A stretch of 64,000 nucleotides of DNA from the human T2T-CHM13v2.0 reference genome, Homo sapiens, in the NCBI RefSeq assembly GCF_009914755.1, contig NC_060936.1. The stretch is one strand, 5' to 3'. Of this stretch, positions 38,868 through 56,797 are shown piece by piece. Numbering within the stretch: position 1 is the first letter of the stretch; each line of letters opens with the position of its first letter. The notes under the pieces were generated by a model. The model was not told where the DNA came from. It did no database searches and worked only from the letters and a program-made list of their open reading frames with translations. Both the position numbers and the translations under genes were made by a program.

Positions 38868-39644
38868 TCAACCCCAGATAGAGCATTTAAGGTTAGAGTC
38901 CATTATAGAAGAATATTTCATAAACAATTAGGTGATATGGCCCAATAAAACAACAAATATCTTTGTTTTTGTTCTCATTTAGGTTGACCCCTGTGCTCCA
39001 AGAACATCATGATATTGTTATTGGGAAAAAAATAAGTGGTGAATTTTCCATTTAAGAAATTAAATAATGTAGAATTATTTGCTCCCTTATTTATGCAAAC
39101 ACATTTTCTTTTTTTTTTATTTTATTGTTTTACAGGTGTTTTTCACATTTTCTTTTTTAGCTACAACTTTGGGTTTTAAAAAAATCTGCTTGTTCATTCT
39201 CTGTCTGATATAACACTAAAATTTCACCTTACTGTACCTTGAGATTTTAAACGAAAGATATATGGTAACTTTGGTAGGAAATGGGAGAGAAAACTGATTT
39301 TTAGTATGACTTATAAACAGAATATGATGCAATGCTCAGCTTGGTATTAGGCTGTTAAAAGTAACCATAAAACTGTTCAGTGCAGAATTCCTTTTATATC
39401 AGCTTTCTTAGTGTATTTAATGTTGATGGTTTTAGATCATTAGCAACTTGACAAAAAAGCTGACGTGTCAATGAGCAGCCACAAATGAAGAATAGGCCTT
39501 TTGAAATTATAAAGTTATTGGGTTTGATGGTGTTATATTTACAGTGGCCTTTTCGAAATACCCCTATCGCATAAAGCGAGCTACATCTGTGGGAATCATT
39601 CCTCTGGACCAATCAGCTACAGCTATTCAGCCCTTAAAAGTCTA

Positions 39645-40575
39645 AAATGGGTAAAGGATTTAATAGACATTTCTCCAAAAGAGACATAAAAATGGGCGAC
39701 AGGTATATGAAAATGTGCTCAACATCACTAATCGAAACCACTGTGTCGCCTCACACCAGCTAGGATGGGCTATCATAAAAAAGATAAGAGATAACAAATG
39801 TTGGTGAGGGTGTGTAGGAGAGGGAACCCTTTTACACTGCTGGTGGGAATACAGATTGGTGTAGCCATATAAAAAAAGCAGAATGAAGGTTCCTAAAGAA
39901 ACTAAAAATAGTACTACCACATGACCTAGAAATCCTCCTTCTGGGTATATACCCCCCAAAAATGAAATCACCGCTTTGTAAAGATATGTGCACTACCATG
40001 TTCATTGTAGCATTAGTCACAATAGCAAGATATGGAAACAACCTAAGAGTCCATTGACAAATGAATAGATAAAGACACTGTGATAAATCTATACAGTGGA
40101 ACATCATTCAGCCTTAAATAAAGAAGGATATCCTGCCATTTGCCATAACATGGATGAATCTGGAGAACGTTATGCTAAGCGAAATAAGCCAGACACAGGA
40201 AAAAAATTTTTTAAAGAATATATGATGATAGAGAATAAAGCACTGGTTATCAGGTGGAAGGGGAGTGGTTACTGAGGGAGTAGGGGAAGAAATAGGGAGA
40301 TGTAGGTCAAGGGGAAAAAGTTGCCAATGTGTAGGCTGAATAAGTCTAGAGATCTAATGTGCAATATGTGGAATAGAGTTAGTAATACTGTATTTAGGAT
40401 TTTTTGCTAAATGAGCAGATGTTAGCTGCTCTTGCCACACACACCAAAGGGGGTAATTATGTGAGATGATGGGTATGGTAATTTGCTCCCTATAGTAACC
40501 ATTTTATTGTCTATATGTATCTCATGACGTCATGTTGTTTACCTTAAATATTTAGAATAAAATTTATTTTTTAAA
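39645..40575 (+). mobile_element. Old L1MA-like 3' end
   Basis: Degenerate ORF2 end and 3' UTR ending AATAAAATTTATTTTTTAAAAAA. AAAAGTCT on both flanks. Confidence 0.85.
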
Positions 40576-41269
40576 AAAGTCTGACTGTTGAGAGCTGTGG
40601 TTGCAACTCTGGGCTGCACGTTTTCTCCCCTTTAGGAGAATATTAATTTAAAAATAGTTGTGCCAGAGCCCCGCCCCACTCCATGCCAATTAAATCAGAA
40701 TATGGGCTTGGGCAAGGCAGTGAAGCTTCAACATGGGTGTTTAGTAAAAGTTGCCCTGGAGATTCTGACATGTAACAGGGTTGCAAATGACCTGTCTAAT
40801 TTTTTAAAGAAATTTCCCATTTTATATTCCATGAGCAAATTCAAAGCATCTGGTTAAGATCTGAGGTATGTTTTCCTCTCTTCCTCAGAAGAGGGCAACT
40901 GGACTGTACTAATGATATAACCAAGACAGTTGAGGATAAAAGAGTCTGACATGTAAAAGTCTGAAGATACCCACACAAATTCATTAAAGAAAGTAAATTT
41001 TCTTGCTGAGAGTGCCTCACTGCTATTATTTATGACATCATCCTTGCAAGTGTTTTTTTCTCCTTCCAGAGTCAGTTTCCTAAGAAAAGATGAAGCAGGG
41101 GATTTGGCTTTCTCCAGTCTCTAGCCCCATCACCCATTTCATAAGCTCTAATGATGATCTGAGCCATTGAAACTTACACCTGGAGGACATTTGCCGTCAA
41201 ATGGAGTTCTCCTAGTTTAGGTACTGGGCAGGCATCTTATTTCTTCCCAGCTTTCGTGGCTGAGCATAG

Positions 41270-41560
41270 GAAATGGTACAGCACAGGGGTAAGGAGTGGG
41301 CATTGGAAACAGACAACCCAGGTTCAAATTCTGGTTCCTCTACGTCTGAAACATGTACATATTTGGGCAAATTACCCAATTTCTCTGAAACGTGTTTTTA
41401 CCATCTATGAAAAGATGATGTTAATTTTTCAAGGATATGGTAAGGATGAAATGGAATTATGCACGCAGAATATAAGCATTAAATAATATATGCAAAATGC
41501 TCAGGAGAGCACTCGACTCACAGTAAGTAGTCAAGAAATAATAGAAATAAACTACTATTT
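41270..41560 (+). mobile_element. MIR
   Basis: GGTTCAAATTCTGG...TTGGGCAAATTAC...CATCTATGAAA. Confidence 0.65.
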
Positions 41561-41847
41561 TAACTATCTTTAGCCTCCTCCACTTAACTGAATGACAAAA
41601 TTAACCACCTCCCTTTACTCTCTCTAAAAAAACATAGTGACTGACTGACGCCACTAGCATTCTGGGCTACTCTTAAGTGTACTGGCTTTCTTCTCCTACC
41701 AGTTGAGTCAGTTATAGGCTTATCAAGAGTATTATTTGTTCCCAAACCTGTTTATGCCAGTTATTTTTGTTGTTGGAATTTAATTAAATATTAAGTAAAC
41801 AGATGAAATATAAATGTGGAGAGTTATTTCTATAAAAACTAGGTTGA

Positions 41848-42162
<315 letters not shown>

Positions 42163-44332
42163 TCAAATTGCAAAAATAAATGTCAAAGTAGGTGTGGTAA
42201 AACAATCAGGGTAACAGATGTTTTTGATTAGGGACTATCTTATATTGGATAAAAGGACATTTACTAAATTATGCTTTTCCAAAGGTTCACACTAAGAGAA
42301 AGAGGGAAAAGGTGATTTTCTTTCCTCAGGACGATCTCTTTCCAGTCATAATTAGCATGGGATGGAAAAGAAGGTTTTTCCCTTGCTTTGGTATTTTTAG
42401 TACCAAAAGTTTTAATATAAGAATAGTATAATGACACTTTTTTCTGTGAGTATAATGACCCATCATCCAGCTTTAATAACTGTCAACTCATAGCCAATAT
42501 TGTTTAATTTATAGTCTGCCAAGTTCCCAGCTTCCCATATTATTTTGAAGAAAATATTATATTTTGAAAATTGCTTTTTTATATCTAAAATAATTTGTTG
42601 TTCCAATTTAAAATGTTAGTAGAGAGTAACATACATGTGGAAAAGTGTGAGTATATAATACGTGTACAGTTCAATTAATTTTTACAAACACAATAATTGA
42701 TATAACCAGCCTCTAGAGAGAGAAACAGAATATTATGACTTAAAATAGCTAAAGTTAGCTTTTCCTGTTTTGTTCTTCATAAGATGGAATCATATAGTAT
42801 GTTCCTTCTGTGTCTGGCAACTTTTGCTTAGCATTAGTTTTGTGAGATTCATCCATATCATTCATTCTCATTGCTATTTAATATTCTCTTACATGAATAC
42901 ACCATAGTTATCCACTATACATTGTGATAAAATTGAATTATTTTCAGTTTTTGATGTCGTGAGTAATGCTGTTATTTGTCTTCTCATGAGCATAAGAATG
43001 CATTTCTGTTGGGTATAAACCTGGAAGTAGAATTGCTGGGTCACACTGAGCTTTTTGTAAATGCTGTCAAGCATTTTTTCAAGTTGGTTGTCCTAGCTTC
43101 AGCTTAAAAATATTTGCTCTGTGTTGTTAGCCTGGAAGGTTCAGACAGCCGATCCACATAGCCCTTAGGATTAGAAGGATCTTTGTGGAAAAGTTCTTAA
43201 TCCCATATAGGAAGGTATAAGAGGTATCATGATATCTTTGATACCATCTCTCAAACTTCTCCATCTTCAGGAGCTTTCTGGAAAAAAATTAGAATTCTCT
43301 TATTGAGATTATAGAGCAGACCCAAACTTCATGGGACATGGCCAAGGTCCTGTGTGGAGGGCTCAAGATGACATGCAAACTGTAGAATTTTTAACATGCT
43401 GTTGGAGATTTAGGACATTTACATAAAATTCATTTGGATGTGACTCTCTAGATCTTCTACTTGAGAAAGTATGCTTGGAAATATGTCCCAGGATGCAAAT
43501 TGCATACAAGCAAAGATCTATGAATGTAACTGGAGACTTGATCTATATGTTGAATTATGATAATCTCCATTTGTCTCTGACAGGAAATGACCATGGTGTA
43601 ATGGTGGAAATAGACTTAGTAGAGCTTGGAGGATGGTGGAGTTAATGAGGAGTCAAATCTCCTAATCTGCATGATTGGGGTGAAGGTGGGACTATTCACC
43701 TGATGAGAAAAATGGGAGAAACAACAGCCATTCTGTGTAGCGAATGCAACTTTGACCCTAAGAAATCCTTTATGCAGGTGGAGACACAGCTTCTTCAACC
43801 AATGAAAGAAATAATATCTGGCTTCTTGAATAGTTTCATGGTGCCACCAACAAAAACTATCATAGACCAACAATGGCAAGATGGCATCGGCAAGAATGAG
43901 CTGGTATGAAGAGGTGCTCAACCCATCCCACCACCATGGGAAATAATGTGGTAAACCGCCACTAGCATAACTGTTTACTTGCCTGTCTTCCCCGAAACTA
44001 TAGGTTCTATGCAGGCAACACTCTGGATCTTCTTCTTTGTTGAATAGCCAGTGCTAACACTGTGCTGGGCCCAGAAAAGGTGCTCAATAAAGGGGTGTTG
44101 AGATGAATTGAATTGAAATCCCCTAAAGATTGGCCACAGAGTCTTAGTTATCTCAGGATGCTGGTGGAATCAAATCAGAAGCAAGAGATGCTCCCTATGC
44201 GTGGAAGGTTTAGGGTGCTGTGGAGGCTTTTGTATGCGGAAAACGTTGTTCAGAGGTTTACTTTGGAATACACAATAGGTATTAAATTTATTATAATTAT
44301 ACATTCATAAGCATAATTTTTAAAACTTTTAA

Positions 44333-44697
<365 letters not shown>

Positions 44698-44964
44698 TGA
44701 GAAGATATAATAATATTGTTTCATTTACAAATCTAGTTAGCTAAAGCTAAATAATCTTTCTAAAACATCACATCACTTTAATAGGCTAGATTTTATAAGT
44801 TTAATATATTTGTTTTCTTTTTAAATATTTTGCTTTTATGAACTAAATGAGTTCTTAAATGCTTAACTGCTGTGCATGTACATGTGCATAAATGAAAACG
44901 CTCTGAAATATGTTAATGCTGCCCATAAATTTAGTGAGATTTCAACTTAAAATCAAAAGTATAA

Positions 44965-45281
<317 letters not shown>

Positions 45282-46539
45282 TAAATTATTTACACGATTA
45301 CATATTTTAAATTAGAATTACAAGACTGTCTCTTAACTAGCACAGTACAAATGTCTAATATTAATGCATTAGTTTTGATTCTCTGAAAATTTTCTACACA
45401 TAGTTCTAAATCTTTCTGGGGTTTTAAAAAATGAATATTCAATGAAGATGATTACTGTACTAGTTAACTGAGGTTGCCCTCTCACCCCAATTAATGAAAG
45501 TCATTTAGAACTAGAAATTTTGTCCAGACTTGAGACCTACAGCTCCGGAGATGCTTAGTGATTCTTCTCTCTACTCCACTGTCATCCTGAGCTTCTTTTT
45601 ATAAACAGTGTGTTTTGGGCTTTGACACTTGAAAGAAGGTTGTCCTTTAATCTGTATCACCCAATTCTCTGTCTATTCTCAAGTAGCTGTAATTCGAAGC
45701 CAACTTCAAACCAGTTTGCTCATTTGCTTGCATTTTGTGTTTCTTCAGCTCTTAATATATGTGCATAGGTTTGTCATTTACAGCAAAGACTTTTAAACTT
45801 GACAGGATTTGTGTATACATAAATTATTTTCCATTAAACTTGAAATACCTTAAACTCAGTGGGGTCCTAAGATATGAAAATGCTTTTCTATTTTGCTTGA
45901 TGAACACTAAGGACAATATAACTTTCAGGAATATCTTAAATGACACCTATGACTTCTTCATACTTGTGGTCCTAACTCATAAAATCATTCTATTGATACA
46001 TCTTTGAAAATTAAAATTCTAAGACTCTTACTTGTGGTCCCTTCCCCTCCGTAATCAATAGATTTATACTCCGAAAGCCCACTGCAGCCTTTGCTAATTG
46101 ATCACTACGTTTTCCTTAGCCCAAATATGATTCAGAATCCTTAAAGTATTGTTGCAGGCAGCCGCTACGGAGATCTAGGGGGAAACCTTTGTCACATTTT
46201 TCGTCGTGCTAAGAGAGCAATAAACAACTCAGGTGGGAAGAAATATGTTTTCAAAGGAAAGATGTTCACCTAGGTTTATTTGAGGAAGTATAGTTTAATT
46301 GTTAAGGCCATGGATTCAGGAAAACATACCTGTTTTCAAATACTGGCTCTATCTCTTACTGACTGTGTGAGCTTTGGAAAATTATTTAACCTCCTTGGAC
46401 CTCAGTTTCCTCATCTTAAAATGAGGATAACAATGGTATCCATCTCACAGTGTTTTATGAATATTAAATAACGTAATACATGAAAAATGCTTAGCAGAAT
46501 GTCGGGGACACTGTAAATGTTTACTAAATGATGGTGATC

Positions 46540-47011
46540 AGCCAAACATGGTGGCTAATGGCTGTAATCCCAGCACTTTGGGAGGCCGAGGCAGAGAGAT
46601 CACTTGAGCCCAGGAGTTCAAAACCAGTCTGGGCAACATAGTGAGACCCCCCCCCCATCTCTATAAATAAATAAATAAAGTTATTTTTATTCTGTTAAAA
46701 TCAATTTTATTTTATTTATTTATTTTTTTTGAGACAGAGTCTCACTCTGTTGCCCAGGCTGGAGTGCAATGGCGTGATCTTGGCTCCCCACAACCTCTGC
46801 CTCCCAGGTTCAAGCGATTTTCTTGCCTCAACTCCCAAGTAGCTGGAACTACAGGCATGTGCCACCACGCCAAGCTAATATTTTCGTATTTTTAGTAGAG
46901 ACGGGGTTTCACTACGTTGGCCAGGCTCGTCTCGAACTCCTGACCTTGTGATCTGCCCGCCTTGGCCTCCTAAAGTGCTGCGATTACAGGCGTAAGCTAC
47001 CGCGCCTGGCT
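46540..47011. mobile_element. FLAM-like monomer (+, 46540-46680) and AluS (-, 46705-47011), tail to tail
   Basis: Alu motifs in opposite orientations. The second element has TSD TAAAATCAATTTT. Confidence 0.9.
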
Positions 47012-47019
47012 AAAATCAA

Positions 47020-48278
<1,259 letters not shown>

Positions 48279-48289
48279 AATACATAAAT

Positions 48290-48700
48290 AAAGATGATGA
48301 TTTCCCTGAATATTCTGGAAGAGAGCTGAGGAGGAAGCACATCTTCAACTATGAGGCAAAATAAGAGCACTGTGGGACAGCAGCAACAGCCAGGGCAGCT
48401 GGGCAGGCCTAGGGTCTTTCAAACAAAGGCACAGGGCAGAAAATAAATCAGAGCCCCAGAATCTCATCGTGCAGGCTACAAATAGCAGCTGCAGCTGCAG
48501 ACCAAGGGCTGGCCTTTACATGTCCATGGTGCAAAAGGACTCCTGGTGAGAAGCTGATCTTTTCCCTCACACCCACACAGAGCCAGCAATCACACATAGA
48601 GTAAACTCTGAATATTAAGGAGCCATTTTTAGTAGAGAATAGCAAACTGCTTGATAATACAGACTGGATGGAAGATGGAGCATGGTGAATTTTGTATACT
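48290..48700. promoter_or_regulatory. Candidate myogenic enhancer
   Basis: CTACAAATAG (MEF2-like, 1 mismatch) directly followed by CAGCTGCAGCTG (48476-48497), with another CAGCTG at 48396, in unique sequence. Confidence 0.45.
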
Positions 48701-50189
48701 GATTAGATGTTTCTGTATGTACCATACATAATTCTGGATCATTAGACTGCCAACAATATCTCCCCACATCTGTAGAACACTTACCATGTTCAGACACTGT
48801 ACCAAGGACTTCACATATATAGTTCATTTAATCCTCCTATGCTTCTGTGGAGCAGATATGATTATTGTCCTAACCTAGATCTTAGAGGAGGACTAGCAAA
48901 AGTTGGAGAAACTAAGGCTCAGAGAGATTAAATAATTTACCCAACATCACAAGATTCTGGGTTTAGGGCTGCATTATAAACCAAGTCTGTCTGAATCCAG
49001 CATCTCATCTCTTAAAACTCTTTGCTGGGCTGCCTTGCAATTACAATGATATCTTGCTCACAAATTATTTTATGTGCTTATTTCTTATGGCCTCAAATAG
49101 TCCCCTGTGAGGAGGGGCAGGGTGCTGCACTTGCTTATTTTGTACCTCCAAACTTTCAACACATAGCAGAAGGTGAGCAGATACTTACTGATACATTTTG
49201 AACAAAGTTATGATGGAATAGGAGAGAGGGAGGAATTGGTCAGCTCCCAACGACACAACGTCAAGGCCACTTAAAAAACTCTCAACCCATTTACATTTTT
49301 TCAGCTACAAATTATGTTTACTATAAACTATGAACCATAAAGATGATTAAGACAAGATCCTGGCTCAAGAACATAATAGTTTAGATTAGGTATTGCAAAT
49401 TCAACTGTTCACCTGGCTAGGCAGTTAACATGAACAAGTGAAGGGGCCCAAGAAGCAAACTAGGGTGTTCCCTATTGAGTTCCAGCTTATTGTTTCTATC
49501 CAAATTCATTATTGCCAGGAGAAACCAGAAGTTTATATTTTATATAATTTTCATATCTTTATGTGAAACAAGTGTGTGGTTCAGATAAAACTTATTTGCA
49601 AACTGGATTTAGCTCATAGGCTACCAAGTAGAGACCTCTGTTTTAAACAATAATATGTACACATAAAGACAATAGAAGGTAGACAAGACTAATTAATGTA
49701 CAAGGAGGGTACATAAAGTTTTCAGGGAAGTCAGAGATTATTTTCAGCTAGAGCATCAGAGAAGACTTTGTGAAGAAAGTCACCTTTGAGTTTCTTCTAC
49801 TAAAGTGAATCAGCTTTGCAATCACTATGATGCGAGGGAATGCTATTCAGCTGTAAGCAATGATAGGAGCAAAGACCCATAGGTGGAAAATCATGAGTCA
49901 AACTCAGGGACCTCTGAATTACACTGTACTTTGATTTTTGTGTTTTGTTTTGTTTTGCTTTTTGGTTTCTTACTGGAGACAAATGTGTTGTAATGTGATT
50001 TACATTCATCAGAATTAGGAAAATTTTTGTGTTTTTCCAGTAAGCACTATAAGCAAAGAGTAGAAGATGATGAAGGTCAAAACTTGTTAGGGTCTATCAA
50101 TTAAAGGAGATTTTAAAGCAAAGGAAATGTCACTCCTTGTAGCCTACTGCATGGTGTGTGGTAGGACATAAAGCTTAAAAGAACATCCG

Positions 50190-50450
50190 AGTCTTGGAAG
50201 GGATCCAGCAAAGGCACCAGGACTAATTTGGGAGATGAAGGGTATGTCTTATGAGGAGAGGCTTAGAGGGCTTAGCATGCTTTAGCTTTAAAATAAGGGG
50301 GGTGAGCAGAGTTCTATTGATAGCCTGCAAGTCTTCCAGTATGAACTTGTACTTGATGTGAGATGAAACTCTAAGTTACACAAAGGAATTTCAAGAAGGC
50401 AGTTTTCTTTCTTTTTCATTTCAAGAATGATGAGCCCTAGAACTTTTCAT
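50190..50450 (+). mobile_element. CR1/L3 3' relic
   Basis: TCTTATGAGGAGAGGCTTAGAGGGCTTAGCATG encodes SYEERLRGLSM, resembling the CR1 ORF2 C-terminal YEERL motif. Confidence 0.55.
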
Positions 50451-50704
50451 GCAAAAAAGTTTTAAAGACAAAATGGCTTTTCATAAAGGATTTGGGGGAA
50501 CAATTTCAGTTTTATTACCATGCATTCACTGAAGTGCTGAATTTAAGGATCAATTATCCATAATATCAATTTATATCACAGTAGATAGAAATACCATTGT
50601 CCTGGTAGCTCCAAATGAACATAAAACAACAAACAAACATGCACACTCCTGCACAGAGAGAGGGAGAGAACTCACTTAGCCATTACTTAGCACAAACATG
50701 CTGA

Positions 50705-51089
<385 letters not shown>

Positions 51090-51649
51090 TGAACAATGAG
51101 GCAATTCATGGGAGGGAGAACTGGTAGACCTAAGAACATGAGTAATAATCCTATGGAGTCATCCTTCAAATTTTAAATTACTTGACAATCTGCTTTGTTT
51201 TGGATTTTGACAAATTTTATTTTGGCTCCTAGATCTCTGCTTTTCATGACTTAGTTTAAACTCAAAAAGCCCCACAAAATATGCATAGGATAAAACTGAA
51301 AGGACATATAACAATTTTAGTGATTGTTAGTATTTCTAACTGATTAAGCTTTTAATATTTAATATATAGACTATTCAGGTTCAGAAGTTGAGGTTCAGGA
51401 TCAAGGTCAGAGTTGGGTCCCAAGAGTCATTCACACAGTAATAGCTGAGAATGTGAGAGGGGATTAGCTCACTGAGGGAGAGGATGTACACAGACAGCAG
51501 AGAGCCAGGAGCTGAATCTTGGGGAAAGTCTCCTGCAAGGGCCCAGGCAAATGAAGAGAGGGACAGCAGGGGACAGGCAGGATCTGTTCACTGTTATTTA
51601 GATCCAGGAGCCCCTTCCTCCTGATCACCATCTTCTTCCAAATGGTCAT

Positions 51650-52009
51650 TGGATTAGTCTCTTCTCATGCTGCTAAAGACATGCCCAAGACTGGGTAACT
51701 TATAAAGGAAAGAGATTTAATGCACTCACAGTTCCACATGGTTGGGGAGGCCTCACAATCATAGCTGAAAGAAAAGGAGAAACAAAGTCACATTTTACAT
51801 GGCAGCAGGCATAGAGAGGGTTTGTAAGGGAACTCCCCTTTATAAAACCATCAGATCTCGTTAGACTTATTCACTGTCACGAGAACAGCACGGTAAGGAT
51901 CCGTCCCCATGATTCAATTGCCTCCTACTGGGTCCCTCCCACAACATGTGGGGACTATGGGAACTACAATTCAGCTGAGATTGGAGTGGGACACAGCCAT
52001 ATCATATCA
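51650..52009 (-). mobile_element. THE1 solo LTR
   Basis: TGGATTAGTC...CATATCA. Perfect 5-bp TSD GTCAT (51645-51649, 52010-52014). Confidence 0.92.
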
Positions 52010-52053
52010 GTCATCTAAACAGAAGTCTTAAGCTATTTTGTTCACATATTTCC

Positions 52054-52427
52054 TGCTATGAACTGAACTATGTTCCCTCCCCAAATTAGTATGTTGAAGC
52101 CCTACCTTCCAATGTGATGGTATTTGGAGATGGGGCCTTTGGGAGGTAATTAGGTTTAAGAAGTTATGAGGGTCTGGCCCTCATGATGGGATTAATGCCC
52201 TTTTAGGAAGATACACCAGAGAGCTTGCTCCCTGTCTCCACTGTTGTGAGGACTTAGTGAGAAGGCAGTGGTCTACAAGCCAGGAAGTGGACCTTCACCA
52301 GAACCCGAACATGCTGGCACCCTGATCTCAGACTTCCAGCCTCCAGAACTATGAAAAATAAATTTGTGTTGTTTGAGCCTCCCAGTCTATGGTATTTTGT
52401 TATGGCATCCCAAACTGAATAATAACA
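52054..52427 (+). mobile_element. MLT1A-like solo LTR
   Basis: TGCTATGAACTGAA...GGTATTTGGAGATGGGGCCTTTGGGAGG...CAGTCTATGGTATTTTGTTATGGCA. Confidence 0.88.
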
Positions 52428-53010
52428 CCTTCTAAAATTTTGGGGGTAATTTTTCACACATTTCCAAATTAATATTCAAAATTTTCTATCATAAGTTTAA
52501 ATAGTTGCAAAGACTGTAATTTCCAACATTCTGTAAGAGTTGATATTAAAAATCAAAATAAAACTGTATATATTTTAAATATCTCTTATGCAATAAAAAT
52601 GTCATAGTGATATGACATTTTTAATGTCCCATCTTAATGTATTAAAGACATATAAATAAGCTCTTTGGCCACTGGAGATTTTGACATTATTTCCTTCTTT
52701 CCCTGAGCAAATATTTTCATTCCACTTAACTCACAGGATTCTACTTCTATTTAATATAATTTTTTGCCTTAAAAGTTAAAAAAGTTTTTCACCTTATATT
52801 TGTCTGTCTCAAAAGATAAATAAATTAAAATTTTAAAAAACTTTGTTCTGTGACTACAAGGATTTAAAGTAATTTTTAAATGTATTTGAAATTAAGTTAT
52901 TGATATGAGTATTATTTGTACACAATTCATTAAAGCAACTTAAAAGATGAAACTGACCGATAAGTCATTATTAAGCACAAAATAATATTTTATTAGAAAT
53001 GTATCCTTGA

Positions 53011-54428
<1,418 letters not shown>

Positions 54429-54519
54429 AAATGTATCCTTGAGGCAGAAAATAATTTTTTCCAGTTTATTCATTCATGGTCGAATATTATTTATTGTCAG
54501 AAAGGTACAGCATTCACAC

Positions 54520-56665
54520 CAATATCAGACAAAATAGATTTTAACTAAAAAATTATTTCGAGACAAAAATAACAATATATGTTAATAAAAGGCTCAATTA
54601 AAAATGTATAACAATTATAAACACATACACATCAAACAACAGTTCCCCAAAATACGTAAAGCAAACATTGACAGGATTGAAGGGAGAAATAGACCACTCT
54701 ACAATAGTAGTTGGGGTCTTCAACACCCCACTTTCAATAATGTATAAAACATCTAGACAGAAGATCAGGAAGAAAACAGAGAACTTGAACAACATGATAA
54801 ACCAACTAGACCTAACAGACATATATAGAATTCTCTACTCAACAACAGCAGAATACACATTCTTCTCAGTGCACATTGAACACTCTTCAGGGTAGATGAT
54901 ATGTTAGGTGAGAAAACAAGTCTCAGTAAATTTCTAAAAATGTAAATCATACATATCTTCTCTGACTACAATGGAATAAAGCTAGAAATGAATAACAGGA
55001 GGAAAACTAGAAAATTCACAAATATGTGGAAATCAAACCACATGCTTTCAAACAACCAAAAGGTCAAAGAAGAAATCATCAGGAAAATCAGAAAATACTA
55101 AGAAATAAATGAAAGCAAAAATACAACATACCAAAACTAAAAAACATACTATATGAGATGTGGTGAAGGCAGTGCTAAGGGGGAAATGTACAGCAATGAA
55201 CACCTACATTAAAAAAGAATGATCTCAAATTAATAACTGTACATCTTAAGAAACTAAAAAAAAAAGCAAAATCAATCCAAATCTCACAGAAATAAATAAT
55301 AAAGTTTAGTGCAGAGATAAATTAAATAGAGAATAGAAGAACAATAGTCAATAAAACTAAAAGTTGGTTCTTTGAAAAGATCAGCAAAATTGACAAACCT
55401 TTAGCTAAAATAACAAAGAATAAGACAGAAGATGAAAATAAGTAAAATCAGAAATGAAAGTGGGGACATTACTGACCTTATAGAAATAAAAAGGATTATA
55501 AGAGAATATTATGAACAAAAATATAACAAATAGGATACCCTAGAGGAAAGGTAAAAATTCCCAGAAATATTCAAATTACCAAAACAGACTCAAGAAGAAA
55601 TAGAAATTTGAACAGCTATAACAAGTAAAGAGGTGGTATCAATAATCAAACACTTCCCAACAACAACAAAAAAATCAGAGAGCTTCACTGGTGAATTCTA
55701 CTAAACACTTAAAGAAAAATTAACAGCAATCCTTCTCAAGCTTTTCCAAAAAATAGAAGAGGAGGGAATACTTCCTGATTAGTTTTATGAAGCCAGTATT
55801 ATCCTGATACCAAAGCCAAACAAAGACATTACAAGAAAAAAAATTAGAGACCAATATCCCTTGTGAGTATCGATGCAAAAATCCTCAAGAAAATGCTAGA
55901 GAAGTGAATACAATAGCATATTAAAAGGATTATACCCCGTGATCAAGTAAGATTTATCCTAGAAACACAAGAGTATCTCAACATAAGAAAATCAAGCAAT
56001 GTTACACCAAATTCATAGAATGAACGGGAAATTCATTCTATGTAGAAACGCATAATTGCAGAAAATGCATTTGACAAAATCTGACACCTTTTCATGATTT
56101 TTTAAAAAACCCCTCTGAAAACTAGGAATAGAAAATAACTTCCTCAACATGATAAAGGGCATTTATTAAAAAACTCATGGCTAACATCATACTCAATGAT
56201 GAAAGGTGGAAATCCTTTTCCTTAAAATCTGGGAAATGAGAAGATACTTTCTTTCACAATTGCTATTCAACATTACACTGTGGGTCTTACCCAGAGCAGT
56301 TAGGCAAGAAAACAAAATAAAGGCATCCAAGCTGAAAATTATCTCTATTTGCAGACAACATAATCATGCACATAGAAAATTCCAAAGAACACACACACAC
56401 TCAAGCATACACACACACACACTCATGCATACACACACACAACCCTGAGCCAAAAAGCAAATTCAGGAAAGTTTGGGGGTGCAAGGTAAACACACAAAAA
56501 TCAGTTGCATTTTAATACAACAGCAAGGAACAACTCAATGAGGAAATTAAGAGAACAATTCCATTTACTATAGCATCCAAGAGAATACAAAGCCTAGGAA
56601 TAAATTTAACCAAGGAGGTAAAAGACTTGGACGCTGAAAACTACAAAACATTGCTGAAAGGTATT
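54520..56665 (+). mobile_element. Old L1M ORF2 fragment (endonuclease to RT region), degenerate
   Basis: LKGEIDHSTIVVGVFNTPLS (endonuclease GDFN motif remnant) and YRPISL-like RT sequence, with many stops and frameshifts. Confidence 0.88.
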
Positions 56666-56737
56666 AATAATCTTTGAAAAACTCAATAGAAAACTAATTT
56701 AAAAAAGAAAACAACGACAAGAAAATCTTAATTTCTT

Positions 56738-56797
56738 TTTTTAAATTTTTTTTTCAGGGCAGTTCCCTTAACCAGCATATGTTCGGAGTGACTCCCA
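56738..56797 (-). mobile_element. Very short poly(A)-tailed retrocopy (about 43-nt body)
   Basis: T tract at 56738-56754 plus body at 56755-56797, flanked by the direct repeat AAAATCTTAATT(T/C)CTT. Confidence 0.7.
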
